A stretch of 64,000 nt of DNA from Bacteroidetes bacterium UBA7662 (lineage in GTDB: Bacteria > Bacteroidota > Bacteroidia > UBA7662). The notes beneath the pieces are model-generated. The model saw only the letters and a program-made list of their open reading frames with translations, was not told the DNA's origin and made no database searches. Positions 1-9,741 of the stretch are shown piece after piece (position 1 is the first letter of the stretch; every line of letters begins with the position of its first letter). The position numbers and the translations under genes were made by a program. Where the stretch lies: positions 41,117 through 105,116 of the forward strand of contig DLHS01000015.1 of assembly GCA_002483345.1 (NCBI GenBank), read 5' to 3'.

Positions 1-284
1 AGCATGCTGTCCAGAATATATGCATCTACATAACTTGAAATCAGCACCACTTCTGCCCTCAGTCCGTGTACTTTTACGTTTTCGAGAATTTCTGAAACAC
101 TGTGTTTGGGGAGATGAATATCTATCAACAGCAGATCAACCTTGTCCGAGATGGTTTTAATCTGCGAAAGGAATTCGTCAGAATCAACATATACATCCAG
201 GTTAATATCGGGGTAATATTTCCGGAGTTGCCTGCGGAAAATCAGGTTGCTGACCGGGTCTGCATCTAAGAGCAATATTTTCAT
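1..284 (-). CDS. response regulator receiver-domain protein (partial, N-terminal part only; continues beyond window start)
   Basis: Reverse-strand translation from ATG at 284: MKILLLDADPVSNLIFRRQLRKYYPDINLDVYVDSDEFLSQIKTISDKVDLLLIDIHLPKHSVSEILENVKV... Has the acidic pocket (LLLDAD) and a phospho-acceptor Asp context (LLLIDIHLP) typical of CheY-like receivers. No stop in window. Confidence 0.5.
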   Translation of the reverse strand, partial: MKILLLDADPVSNLIFRRQLRKYYPDINLDVYVDSDEFLSQIKTISDKVDLLLIDIHLPKHSVSEILENVKVHGLRAEVVLISSYVDAYILDSM

Positions 285-471
285 ATCAGTAAGGACATAG
301 GTTGAGAGAATGTTTTCCGTAACGAATGTATCCCTCCTGATCATGCCTGAGCCGGCTTTTAGATGAATGCTCTGTTTAAGGCTATGAATGCCTGCCGGAT
401 GCCGTTTTTTAATCGATGAATGCCTGTGAATTATTCCATGGTCGGAATGGGCTGGGCCTTATCTTTGCAGG

Positions 472-1245
472 ATGCAATTGAATTTAAAGCGGCCGCTGGC
501 CTTCTTCGATCTGGAAACTACCGGCATCAACACTGCTACAGATCGTATTGTAGAGATTTCGGTATTAAAAGCCATGCCTGACGGCACCAGTCAGATACTC
601 ACCCAACGGATCAATCCGGAGATGAAGATCCCGGCAGAAGTCTCTAAAATCCACGGTATTTTTGATGCAGATGTGGCAGATATGCCCACTTTCAGAACAT
701 TTGCCCCTCAGCTCAACGATTTTATGCGCAATTGCGATTTTGCGGGTTACAATTCCAATCACTTCGACTTGCCCTTGCTGGTAGAGGAATTTTTGAGGGT
801 GGAGGTGGACTTTGACCTGGATGGAAGAAAATTCGTGGATATCCAGACCATTTTCCACAAAAACGAGCCCCGTGATCTCAAAGCAGCTTTCAAATTTTAT
901 TGCGGCAAAGAACTGTTGAATGCCCACAGTGCCGAGGCCGATACGACCGCTACCTATGAAATTTTGCTGAGCCAGCTCGACCGTTACGAAGAACTGAAAA
1001 ACGATGTAGAGTTTCTGCACCGCTATACGGCTCGAAACAATAAATCGGTAGACCTGGCCAGTCGTATCGTGTACAACGACAAAGGAGTGGAAGTATTTAA
1101 TTTTGGTAAACACAAAGGCCGTTCCGTGGCGGAAGTATTTGCGCAGGAACCTGGTTATTACAACTGGATGATGGACGGAGATTTCCCGCGTTACACCAAA
1201 AAAGTAATTACGTCGATTCGCCTGCGGGCATTCAACAATAAATAG
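472..1245 (+). CDS. DEDDh 3'-5' exonuclease (DnaQ / Pol III epsilon-like) with C-terminal extension
   Basis: FFDLETTG exo I motif, later H-x4-D (HSAEADT) exo III motif; 257 aa. Confidence 0.8.
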   Translation: MQLNLKRPLAFFDLETTGINTATDRIVEISVLKAMPDGTSQILTQRINPEMKIPAEVSKIHGIFDADVADMPTFRTFAPQLNDFMRNCDFAGYNSNHFDLPLLVEEFLRVEVDFDLDGRKFVDIQTIFHKNEPRDLKAAFKFYCGKELLNAHSAEADTTATYEILLSQLDRYEELKNDVEFLHRYTARNNKSVDLASRIVYNDKGVEVFNFGKHKGRSVAEVFAQEPGYYNWMMDGDFPRYTKKVITSIRLRAFNNK

Positions 1246-1246
1246 C

Positions 1247-2650
1247 ATGGGCAACTTTCAGGAAGATTTTGCGCCGGCAGTGCAGGAAAAACCGAACGGG
1301 AAGGCCTCCAGACATCAGCCGGCAGCCGGTCAGCGGTCGGTAGCCTTCTACACCCTGGGTTGTAAACTCAACTTCAGCGAAACCTCAGCCATAGGCCGCA
1401 TCTTCACGCAAAACGGCTTCGAAAAGGTTGAGTTCAACGACGGGGCAGATGTTTATGTCATTAATACCTGCTCCGTCACCGACCATGCCGACCGCAAATG
1501 CCGGAAAGTGGTACAACAGGCGCTCAAACACAATCCCGATGCCTATGTGGCCATTATCGGTTGCTATGCACAGCTCAAGCCTGCCGAAATAGCTGAAATA
1601 CCAGGGGTTGATGTCGTATTAGGTGCCGCTGAAAAATTCAACCTGCTCGAACACCTGGGTGATTTCAAAAAGCAGCCTGAAGCCCGGATCGTTTCAGGAG
1701 ATATTGAGGCCGTGAACCGCTTTGTTTCTTCTTATTCGGTTGGCGACCGAACCCGCTCATTTCTCAAAGTACAGGATGGCTGTAATTACAGTTGTACCTT
1801 TTGTACCATACCGCTGGCCAGAGGCAACAGCCGGTCAACACCCATTGCCGGAGTAGTGGCCAATGCCCGTGAAATTGCCGCACAAGGCATCCGGGAAATT
1901 GTGCTTACCGGTGTCAACATAGGTGATTATGGCCTCAATGCCGACGACCCCAAAAACAGGGAGCATGGTACCTTCCTGGAACTGATTACAGCACTGGATG
2001 AGGTAGAAGGGATCGACCGTTTCCGTATTTCCAGCATCGAACCAAATCTGCTTACCAACGAAATCATAGGTTTTGTAGCAAGTTCCAAACGTTTTGTGCC
2101 ACATTTTCACATCCCGCTGCAATCGGGTTCCAACCACATGCTCAGACTGATGCAACGCCGCTATCTGCGCGAGCTGTATGCCGACCGGGTAGCGCAGATC
2201 AAAACACGGATGCCGCATGCCTGCATAGGGGTAGACGTGATAGTGGGTTTCCCCGGCGAAAGTGATGCTGATTTCAGAGATACCTACGAATTCATTAACC
2301 AGCTCGACATCAGCTATCTGCACGTATTTACCTATTCCGAACGCGACAATACCAAAGCTATCCGCATGGAAGGCCGGGTACCTAACGGCAAACGGTCGGA
2401 GCGCAACCGCATGTTGCAGATACTCAGTGAGAAAAAACGAAGAGCCTTCTACAACGAGCACCTGGGAGCAACCCGTACTGTCCTTTTCGAACACGAACAA
2501 CATGCCGAAGAAATGTATGGTTTTACCGATAACTACATCAAGGTAAGAGCCAAATACGACCCCTTGCGGACCAACGAACTGGTGCCTGTAAAACTGGAAG
2601 AAATAGATACTGAAGGCGTGATGTTAGTGGCTGAAGCCGACTACCATTAG
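1247..2650 (+). CDS. mtaB: tRNA t6A37 methylthiotransferase MtaB (radical SAM, MiaB-like)
   Basis: N-terminal MTTase domain VAFYTLGCKLNFSETS, radical-SAM CNYSCTFCTIP, C-terminal TRAM-like region. The N-terminus may be shorter than the ORF (no internal ATG before the conserved block). Confidence 0.8.
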   Translation: MGNFQEDFAPAVQEKPNGKASRHQPAAGQRSVAFYTLGCKLNFSETSAIGRIFTQNGFEKVEFNDGADVYVINTCSVTDHADRKCRKVVQQALKHNPDAYVAIIGCYAQLKPAEIAEIPGVDVVLGAAEKFNLLEHLGDFKKQPEARIVSGDIEAVNRFVSSYSVGDRTRSFLKVQDGCNYSCTFCTIPLARGNSRSTPIAGVVANAREIAAQGIREIVLTGVNIGDYGLNADDPKNREHGTFLELITALDEVEGIDRFRISSIEPNLLTNEIIGFVASSKRFVPHFHIPLQSGSNHMLRLMQRRYLRELYADRVAQIKTRMPHACIGVDVIVGFPGESDADFRDTYEFINQLDISYLHVFTYSERDNTKAIRMEGRVPNGKRSERNRMLQILSEKKRRAFYNEHLGATRTVLFEHEQHAEEMYGFTDNYIKVRAKYDPLRTNELVPVKLEEIDTEGVMLVAEADYH

Positions 2651-4197
2651 TGCACAATCAGTTTCTGCTGAATGGTTTGCGAACCAGTTTGAAGTTGAAT
2701 CAGATATAGTCCGCCACTTAATCCTTCGGTGCCGAAGCTCAGCTGATGCTGTCCGGGCAAATAGCGCCTTCCTTCGAGTAAATATTTTACTCGTTTTCCG
2801 TTTATATCCAGCAATTCTATTTTTACATCTCCCTGCTCGGCCAGCATATAGCCCAGTTGCACTTCTCCGGAAGCCGGATTAGGATAAACCGGATACATTT
2901 TGGTTTTCATGCGCTGAATAGCCAGTTCTCCGGGCTGACTGAGCACAATGTCTTCATCACCTGCCTGATATGGCACAAAAGACACATATGTGAGATACAT
3001 TTCATCCCGCGTGCTTTCTCCCCAGCTGACGTTGATGGGCGGGTCGTTGGGATTATAGGGATTGTTGGTGGTATTGTCGAAAGTGGCTTCCGCGTAAATC
3101 CAGGTGTTTGCCGGGAGTTTTACCAGACGTGGGAAGTGGTAAAAGCCCTGCCAGTTGAAATCCCATTCCGGAATACTGATCAGGTTTACGGTGTCGTTAC
3201 CCGGACGGACGGCATATATTTTCCAGCTTTGTCCCAACAAATGCATATGTGGAAACACGCTGACCAGCGAGACATCTGCCGGAACTCTTAACCTGCCCTT
3301 GAACGACTTCACGGTGTTAGCGGGAATCACAAACGGACCATTGGTCAGATTCAGGGGTGAAATAGGTGCAATTATCTCGTGACGGGTCACCTGATTGTTG
3401 TTGTCAAAGAAAATATTGACGCTGCTGGAGTCTTTCTCGTTGACAGGATAGGGGGCATAATGCATCTGCACCAGCACATCAGCATTACGGTAAAGACGTT
3501 TGCCAATGTTGGTGGGATAATAACGTGGTGTAGTACCCGGTGCCCAGCCGTACCAGGTGTCTTCGGTAGGATTAAAACCAAAACCCGAAAAAGAGGTATA
3601 ACCATACCCTGGATCGTTCTGATCACGGACACGCCCTTGTCCGGTGGTGTCCAATGCAAGAATAGCATGGTGAACAATTTTTTTGTTGCCGGGTCTGAAC
3701 TCAATGGCTTTCACGGTTTTATCTGCAGGGATGTTCACAGGGAGTACAAACACCCGATACATATCCTGGTTGTTGCCGAGGTGTTCGTACTGCTCCGACA
3801 TGTGCAGGGTCATATCGGGCTGCCCGAGCTGCGAACCGGTCGGGAAATTGGGTAAAGGTGGCTCAAGCGTAGGGTTGCCCTGCGGCATCCCGTTGTTTAC
3901 CCAGCTGGCGATGTCATCGATTTCCTGCTGGGTAAGTCCCCGTTCGTCGAGCAGGCTGCTGTAGCTTTTGTCCGGTTGCCAGGGAGGCATGACACGTGTC
4001 TGAGTGGTAAAGCTGATCATGCTGCCATAAGCCGCTACCTCGTTGTAGTTGGTAAAGGGCATGGGCCCGATCTCACCGGCCCGGTGACAGGAAGTACATT
4101 TGTTGTAGATGATGGGTGCTATGTGCTCCGAAAAATTAAGCTGTGCCCATGAAAAAGAAGGCAGCACAAACAGACAAAAGAATAAACGTCTTTTCAT
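2647..4197 (-). CDS. secreted PSCyt1-type cytochrome c / copper type II (DBH/PHM-like) monooxygenase fusion with T9SS C-terminal sorting domain
   Basis: Signal peptide MKRRLFFCLFVLPSFSWAQ (start moved to the ATG at 4197, which gives a 4-nt overlap with the upstream gene's stop). PSCyt1 signature IAPIIYNKCTSCH...MPPW...SWVNNG. Cu-site histidines IVHHAIL, FPHMHLLGQ and distal Met (DEMYLTY). C-terminal YPNPASGEVQL...GGLYLIQLQTG T9SS CTD. Confidence 0.8.
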   Translation of the reverse strand: MKRRLFFCLFVLPSFSWAQLNFSEHIAPIIYNKCTSCHRAGEIGPMPFTNYNEVAAYGSMISFTTQTRVMPPWQPDKSYSSLLDERGLTQQEIDDIASWVNNGMPQGNPTLEPPLPNFPTGSQLGQPDMTLHMSEQYEHLGNNQDMYRVFVLPVNIPADKTVKAIEFRPGNKKIVHHAILALDTTGQGRVRDQNDPGYGYTSFSGFGFNPTEDTWYGWAPGTTPRYYPTNIGKRLYRNADVLVQMHYAPYPVNEKDSSSVNIFFDNNNQVTRHEIIAPISPLNLTNGPFVIPANTVKSFKGRLRVPADVSLVSVFPHMHLLGQSWKIYAVRPGNDTVNLISIPEWDFNWQGFYHFPRLVKLPANTWIYAEATFDNTTNNPYNPNDPPINVSWGESTRDEMYLTYVSFVPYQAGDEDIVLSQPGELAIQRMKTKMYPVYPNPASGEVQLGYMLAEQGDVKIELLDINGKRVKYLLEGRRYLPGQHQLSFGTEGLSGGLYLIQLQTGSQTIQQKLIVH

Positions 4198-4199
4198 GG

Positions 4200-4709
4200 T
4201 TAAAAATCTGAGTGCAGGAAACAACCAACTGCACGTGTTCGAATATAAGGAAAGTCCTCTTTATCAGCTACTTTTTGCAAGCGGTCTGACAATTCGGTGG
4301 CTGTGGCTTTTGGCCTTCGGCGGCCTATTTTTTCATAACTGTTGTCAATTCTTCCGGCATATAAAACCACATTTCTTTCAGATAACAAGACCACCTCCGG
4401 TGTGACTTCAATGTTGTATAAATCAACCAGCATTGCGGCTTTTTCTACTTCTACCCGTCCTTTCAGCTTGTTTTTGCTGAGATAAGCCTGTGCCGAACTG
4501 TCGGTCGACAGCTGGTTCGGAAACACAAATACCCACTCCACCGTTTCCCCGTATCTGGTTTGTAGATGCTGTAACTCCCGGCCATAAAACAAACAAATGG
4601 GGCAGTTTTCCGACCAAAACAGATAAAGGCGCGTTTGCTGTGCAGCAGCCGGTACGGCGAGACCGGCGAACAGAAGCAAAAACGAAAGAAAATACCTGCG
4701 TTTTACCAT
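4200..4709 (-). CDS. periplasmic thioredoxin-fold (TlpA/redoxin-like) protein, CPIC active site
   Basis: Signal peptide MVKRRYFLSFLLLFAGLAVPAAAQ and WSENCPIC motif; 4-nt overlap with the downstream monooxygenase gene; adjacent to the SDR stop. Confidence 0.7.
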   Translation of the reverse strand: MVKRRYFLSFLLLFAGLAVPAAAQQTRLYLFWSENCPICLFYGRELQHLQTRYGETVEWVFVFPNQLSTDSSAQAYLSKNKLKGRVEVEKAAMLVDLYNIEVTPEVVLLSERNVVLYAGRIDNSYEKIGRRRPKATATELSDRLQKVADKEDFPYIRTRAVGCFLHSDF

Positions 4710-5402
4710 CTACCAGTTTTGAGAACGGGGGTGAAGCATAATTTCATCCACTACCACATGATCAGGGGCATTTACAACATACAAAACGGCATCAGCTATG
4801 TCTTTGAGCTGTAGCCAGGCTGCTTTTTTTTCGCTGCCGGGTGTGCTGCCGTTGAAAAAACTGTCGGTTAAGCCAGGATAAATCTGGGTGAGGCGGATGC
4901 CGGCCGGCTGAAGTTCGGTCCGCAGGGCCTGCATCAACGTGCTTTGGGCGGCTTTGGAGGCACAGTACAAGCTGCCGTTCGGGAAAACACGTTTGCCGGC
5001 ATCTGAAACAATGCTGATGATGCGACCTTTTCCGGCTTCCCGCATCTTAAGGGCTATACCCTGACTGATCTGAAAACATGCGCGTACGTTCAGCATAAAC
5101 ATCTGGTCGAAGTCACTGACATTCAGCATGTCAAAAGGTTTAAAAACCCCCATGCCGGCATTGTTCACCAATACATCCGGTGTTTCGAGGGTTTCCAGCC
5201 AATGGGCAGTGGCAACGCTGTCGCTGATATCGAGCTTCGTGCAGGTGGCAGAACCTCCTTTTTGCCGAATTTCCCGGCACAAAACCTCCAGCGCCTGGCT
5301 GTCGCGGGCTACACCATGCACGGCATAGCCGTTTTCTGCCAGCGCATGGGCAATGGCAGCGCCCATACCCCTGGAAGCACCTGTTACAATTGCTTTTTTC
5401 AT
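4710..5402 (-). CDS. SDR family oxidoreductase
   Basis: TGASRGMG Rossmann motif; YxxxK (YCASK). Confidence 0.85.
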   Translation of the reverse strand: MKKAIVTGASRGMGAAIAHALAENGYAVHGVARDSQALEVLCREIRQKGGSATCTKLDISDSVATAHWLETLETPDVLVNNAGMGVFKPFDMLNVSDFDQMFMLNVRACFQISQGIALKMREAGKGRIISIVSDAGKRVFPNGSLYCASKAAQSTLMQALRTELQPAGIRLTQIYPGLTDSFFNGSTPGSEKKAAWLQLKDIADAVLYVVNAPDHVVVDEIMLHPRSQNW

Positions 5403-5881
5403 AAGTCGGGGAATTGATGGCTGTGGAGAATACTGTTTACAGGGACCAGAAAACCCTTTATACCGGCACTTTCAGCGGCTTCCACATCTCTTTCACGGTC
5501 GCCTATCATAAAACTCCTGCTCTTGTCGTAACCGAAACGGGCCAGGGCTTTTTCGATAAACAGGGAACCGGGTTTACGGCAAAGACATTTACCGAAATCG
5601 GGATGATGCCGGCAGAAATATACTTCATCAGGGTAGATGCCTTCTGCCGCCAGCCCGGCCAGCATCTTCTGGTTGATAGCGTGAAAAGTCTCCAGGCTGT
5701 AGAGTCCTTTTGAAATACCGGCCTGATTGGTGACTACAACCAGGCGATAGCCACGTTTTTGCATCTCCCGTAAAAAGGAAAAGATGCCCGGATTAAACAC
5801 AAATTCTTCAGGACTGCAGGTATAATCGCCCGGATCGTGGTTGATAACCCCATCCCGGTCGAGAAACAAGGCTTTACTCAT
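5399..5881 (-). CDS. gmhB: D-glycero-D-manno-heptose 1,7-bisphosphate phosphatase (HAD-IIIA)
   Basis: DRDGVIN HAD motif I, Zn-binding CxHx..CxC region (CRHHPDFGKCLCRKP), 160 aa. Confidence 0.85.
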   Translation of the reverse strand: MSKALFLDRDGVINHDPGDYTCSPEEFVFNPGIFSFLREMQKRGYRLVVVTNQAGISKGLYSLETFHAINQKMLAGLAAEGIYPDEVYFCRHHPDFGKCLCRKPGSLFIEKALARFGYDKSRSFMIGDRERDVEAAESAGIKGFLVPVNSILHSHQFPDL

Positions 5882-5956
5882 CTTACAAACCTACTAAAAT
5901 ACCCCTTGTGAATCATACGCATTCGGGCTTCCTAAATCGTAGGCATCTGCCTATTT

Positions 5957-7486
5957 TTGCGCATGCAAAAGATCATCATACTCGACTTCGGATCGCAATA
6001 CACCCAGCTCATCGCGCGCAGGGTTCGTGAACAGCACGTTTATTGCGAAATTCACCCCTTCAACAAGATCCCGACCCTTGATGCCAGTGTGAAAGGCATT
6101 ATCCTGTCGGGCAGTCCGTATTCGACCAATGATCCGCTTAGTCCGAATCCTGACCTGAAACATATCCTGTCGGCTTATCCTGTTTTAGGGGTTTGTTACG
6201 GCGCGCAGTTGCTCACCAAACAATTTGGTGGCAGTGTGATGCCCTCCAAAACCAGGGAATATGGCAGGGCCAACATCACCTATCTGCAGCCCAATCCTTT
6301 GTTTAAGGATATCAGCCTTGGTAGTCAGGTCTGGATGTCACATAGCGATACCATCACCCACCTGCCTGAAGAGGTGGAACTGCTGGCCAGCACGGAATCA
6401 GTAACCAACGCCGCTTTCCGTTTTGCCGGTAAAAATATCTATTGTATACAGTTCCACCCGGAGGTAACCCACAGTACTGATGGTAAAAAGCTCATCTATA
6501 ATTTTCTGGTTGGCATCTGCGGTTGCAGCCAGGACTGGACCCCCGATCATTTCATCAACAGCACCATTGAAAGCCTTAAGGCAAAAATAGGCAGCGATCA
6601 GGTGGTGATGGGCCTCAGCGGCGGGGTTGATTCAACGGTAGCGGCCGTACTCATCCAGCATGCCATCGGCAAGCAGTTACACTGTATTTTCATCGACAAT
6701 GGTCTTTTGCGGAAAGATGAATTTGAAAAGGTACTGGAGATATACAAACGCCTCGACCTGAATGTTACCGGCGTACGGGCAGCCGATCAGTTTTATGCAG
6801 CGCTCGACGGACTGTCGGAGCCGGAAGCCAAACGCAAAGCCATTGGTAAGGTCTTCATCGATGTATTTGACCAGGAATCACACCGCATTCAGAACGTCAG
6901 CTGGCTGGGGCAGGGAACTATCTATCCCGATGTGATTGAGTCAGTTTCCGTAAACGGGCCTTCTCAAACCATCAAAAGCCACCACAACGTAGGAGGTTTG
7001 CCCGAAAACATGAAACTGAAGGTTGTAGAACCGCTGAATACCCTGTTTAAGGACGAAGTCCGGGAAGTAGGCAAGGCACTGGGTATTCCGATGGATATAC
7101 TCGGCAGGCATCCGTTTCCCGGCCCGGGACTGGGTATCCGCATTTTAGGTGACATAAGCCCGGACAAAGTCCGTATCTTACAGGAGGCCGATGACATCTA
7201 TATCGAAAACCTGAAAGCCTTCGGACTTTACGACAAAGTGTGGCAGGCAGGGGCCATTTTCCTTCCGATTCGTTCGGTAGGGGTAATGGGAGATGAAAGA
7301 ACTTACGAAAATGTAATTGCCTTGCGTGCCGTCGAAAGCCTCGACGGTATGACGGCGGATTGGTGTCATTTGCCCTATGAGTTTTTAGCGAAGGTCTCTA
7401 ACGAGATCATCAACAAAGTAAAAGGCATAAACAGGGTTGTGTATGACATCAGTTCGAAACCACCTGCGACGATTGAGTGGGAATAA
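5957..7486 (+). CDS. guaA: GMP synthase (glutamine-hydrolysing)
   Basis: GATase1 domain ([18 protein letters not shown]...CYGAQL), ATP-PPase SGGVDS motif, 509 aa. Confidence 0.9.
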   Translation: MRMQKIIILDFGSQYTQLIARRVREQHVYCEIHPFNKIPTLDASVKGIILSGSPYSTNDPLSPNPDLKHILSAYPVLGVCYGAQLLTKQFGGSVMPSKTREYGRANITYLQPNPLFKDISLGSQVWMSHSDTITHLPEEVELLASTESVTNAAFRFAGKNIYCIQFHPEVTHSTDGKKLIYNFLVGICGCSQDWTPDHFINSTIESLKAKIGSDQVVMGLSGGVDSTVAAVLIQHAIGKQLHCIFIDNGLLRKDEFEKVLEIYKRLDLNVTGVRAADQFYAALDGLSEPEAKRKAIGKVFIDVFDQESHRIQNVSWLGQGTIYPDVIESVSVNGPSQTIKSHHNVGGLPENMKLKVVEPLNTLFKDEVREVGKALGIPMDILGRHPFPGPGLGIRILGDISPDKVRILQEADDIYIENLKAFGLYDKVWQAGAIFLPIRSVGVMGDERTYENVIALRAVESLDGMTADWCHLPYEFLAKVSNEIINKVKGINRVVYDISSKPPATIEWE

Positions 7487-8555
7487 GCAGTTAATCCTGT
7501 TTTGTCTGCTGTTTCTGGCATTTGCCTGCAAGGCGAAACGGGTAGAAAGCGGACAGGCCATTGTAGTTACGCCTGCCGAAAAGACCGGCAAGGCTGCGCT
7601 GGATAGTCCGCTGATTCAATCTCAGGCCAAGGTGCTGAAGATTGAATTGTGGCTTGCCCTATCAGAGCCGGAAATCAACGACGCGGAGCTGTTCAACCGG
7701 ATGCAGGCACTGGAAGGCTTCCTGTTAGGATTCGACAGCCTGCAGCGGAAAGGACTGACAGCTTCTGTTAAAGTGGTGAACAAATCGGAAATAGCAACCG
7801 GCCCTGCCGAAAATGCTGACGCCAATCTGGTTATTGAACAGGAAAAAGACGTTTACCGCATCTATCTCAAAACCGAAAACCGCTGGCTCGAAAGCCGGCC
7901 GCCCATGGAAATGCATACAGCCGCATTGTTGCGGCAAGCCAAGAAAGAAGGGGCTGCCATTTCGGTACTTACACGGGGTACAGAACTTGAAAAACGGGTG
8001 CTGGAAGCCCTTACGGCTCAACAGACAGGGGTTAAAGTACTGGAAAAAAACCGCCCTGGTCGTTCAGAGATAAAAAAGCTGTTGCTCAGGGGCAAGAAGA
8101 ATATTGTTTACCTGCCTTCTCCCGATGAAACCTTTGTGTCCTACTGTCTTAAGGAACTGGTGGAGCTTTCAGCTGAATATGACATAGTGGTATTCGGCCT
8201 GCCTAATTGGGTAGATTTCCCTACCATCGACCCCGAATTGTTAGCCAAAATTCCCATTCGGATTACCACCGCCCAGATGGTAGCCTTCAACGACCGGGAT
8301 GTGAAAGTGGTGCAGCAACTTTTCAGAGAAAAATTTAGTGCAGAACCGCAACTGGCTGCTTTTGTGGCATTTGATCACTGTCTTTTTTTAGGAGAGATTT
8401 GGTTGGAGCACCAAAAATTGAGGTTATCACATTTTAAAGAAAACAGCAGACAGCTGGCACAGGATTTTGAGTTTGTGCCTTCAGAGGAAGCTTACGTCAA
8501 TAAGGCTGTCCGGATACTCGAGTACAGCGAATACCAATTTAAACCCATACCCTGA
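7437..8555 (+). CDS. hypothetical lipoprotein (periplasmic-binding-protein-like)
   Basis: Lipoprotein-type signal peptide [13 protein letters not shown]. True start is probably downstream of the ORF start, which overlaps the guaA end. No recognisable catalytic motif. Confidence 0.5.
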   Translation: MCMTSVRNHLRRLSGNKQLILFCLLFLAFACKAKRVESGQAIVVTPAEKTGKAALDSPLIQSQAKVLKIELWLALSEPEINDAELFNRMQALEGFLLGFDSLQRKGLTASVKVVNKSEIATGPAENADANLVIEQEKDVYRIYLKTENRWLESRPPMEMHTAALLRQAKKEGAAISVLTRGTELEKRVLEALTAQQTGVKVLEKNRPGRSEIKKLLLRGKKNIVYLPSPDETFVSYCLKELVELSAEYDIVVFGLPNWVDFPTIDPELLAKIPIRITTAQMVAFNDRDVKVVQQLFREKFSAEPQLAAFVAFDHCLFLGEIWLEHQKLRLSHFKENSRQLAQDFEFVPSEEAYVNKAVRILEYSEYQFKPIP

Positions 8556-9739
8556 TGCATCCCGATTTACGGATGACCCAGACCCTGCAGGCGCTCAAGG
8601 CGTTCCGGCATGGCAGTCTGGCGAGTTTTTTACCCGGACATTTTAAGTCCCACCCCAATATGGGTTCCCGCGACCGCCGTGAGGTAGGTGCTTTTGTATT
8701 TGATGCCTACCGGGTTAAACGTTTGTTTCCTGAAAGAAACAAAGAAGAACAGGTTTTACTGGGAAGATATTTATGTCAACCTCAGGAAGCCGATTTTTTT
8801 GTTCAGTTCTGGAGTGAAAAGCTGTTTGGCACTGCCTGGGAGCAGGGGGAGACCGACCGATGGGCTTTGCTTGAAAAACTCGGACTGAAAGCAGGGTGGG
8901 AGCAATATTTTCCAGCTTCAGAAGCAGTGTCCGCTGCGATCAGGAAGGAAGAATTCCTGCAATCGCATTTGCTGCAACGTAAACTTTGGCTGCGTATGCG
9001 CCGTGGTAAAGAACAATCGGTAAAGAACGAGCTTGAAAAAGCAGGGATAGCCTTCGAAACAACTGAAATAAGCCACCAGGCCATAGCTGTGAAACCGGGT
9101 ACCAAACTCGAACCCCTGCAAGCCTGGCAGCAAGGCAAGATGGAAGTGCAGGACATCTCCTCACAGCTTGTCGGGCAGCTTTTTGAACCCAAAGCCAGCG
9201 AACGCTGGCTCGATGCCTGTGCCGGTGCAGGAGGTAAATCGTTGCTGTTACAGGATATGGAACCGGCCGTCAGCCTTTTTGTGACAGATGTAAGAGATAA
9301 TATTCTTAAAAACCTGCACGAACGTTTCAAAAAAGCAGGGTTACGCAATTACAGCCAGGCGGTAGTTGATCATACAGTATTGGGAGCACTCTCGATGCAG
9401 AAATCCTTCCCCAAACAGTTTGATGCCATCATCGCCGATGTGCCCTGCAGTGGTTCCGGAACCTGGGCCAATACTCCCGAGGTGCTCGACCAGTTTGACC
9501 CCAAAACCATTGCGGAATTTGCAGATAAACAGTACCGCATCGCCAAACAGCTGGCTTATGCCCTGAAATCAGGAGGGAAACTTATCTACCTGACCTGTTC
9601 TGCTTATACAGAAGAAAACGAAGGGGTGGTTGAAAAACTAAGTGTCCTGCCGGAACTGAAATTTGAGAAGCAACAGTATTTCCAGCACTCCACGGAAGGC
9701 GGAGACGTATTGTTTGGTGCTGTTTTCAGGAAAAAATAG
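8555..9739 (+). CDS. 16S rRNA m5C methyltransferase, RsmB/Sun (NOL1/NOP2) family
   Basis: SAM motif DACAGAGGKS, catalytic DVPCSGSGT; start codon overlaps upstream stop (TGATG). Confidence 0.8.
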   Translation: MHPDLRMTQTLQALKAFRHGSLASFLPGHFKSHPNMGSRDRREVGAFVFDAYRVKRLFPERNKEEQVLLGRYLCQPQEADFFVQFWSEKLFGTAWEQGETDRWALLEKLGLKAGWEQYFPASEAVSAAIRKEEFLQSHLLQRKLWLRMRRGKEQSVKNELEKAGIAFETTEISHQAIAVKPGTKLEPLQAWQQGKMEVQDISSQLVGQLFEPKASERWLDACAGAGGKSLLLQDMEPAVSLFVTDVRDNILKNLHERFKKAGLRNYSQAVVDHTVLGALSMQKSFPKQFDAIIADVPCSGSGTWANTPEVLDQFDPKTIAEFADKQYRIAKQLAYALKSGGKLIYLTCSAYTEENEGVVEKLSVLPELKFEKQQYFQHSTEGGDVLFGAVFRKK

Positions 9740-9741
9740 AC

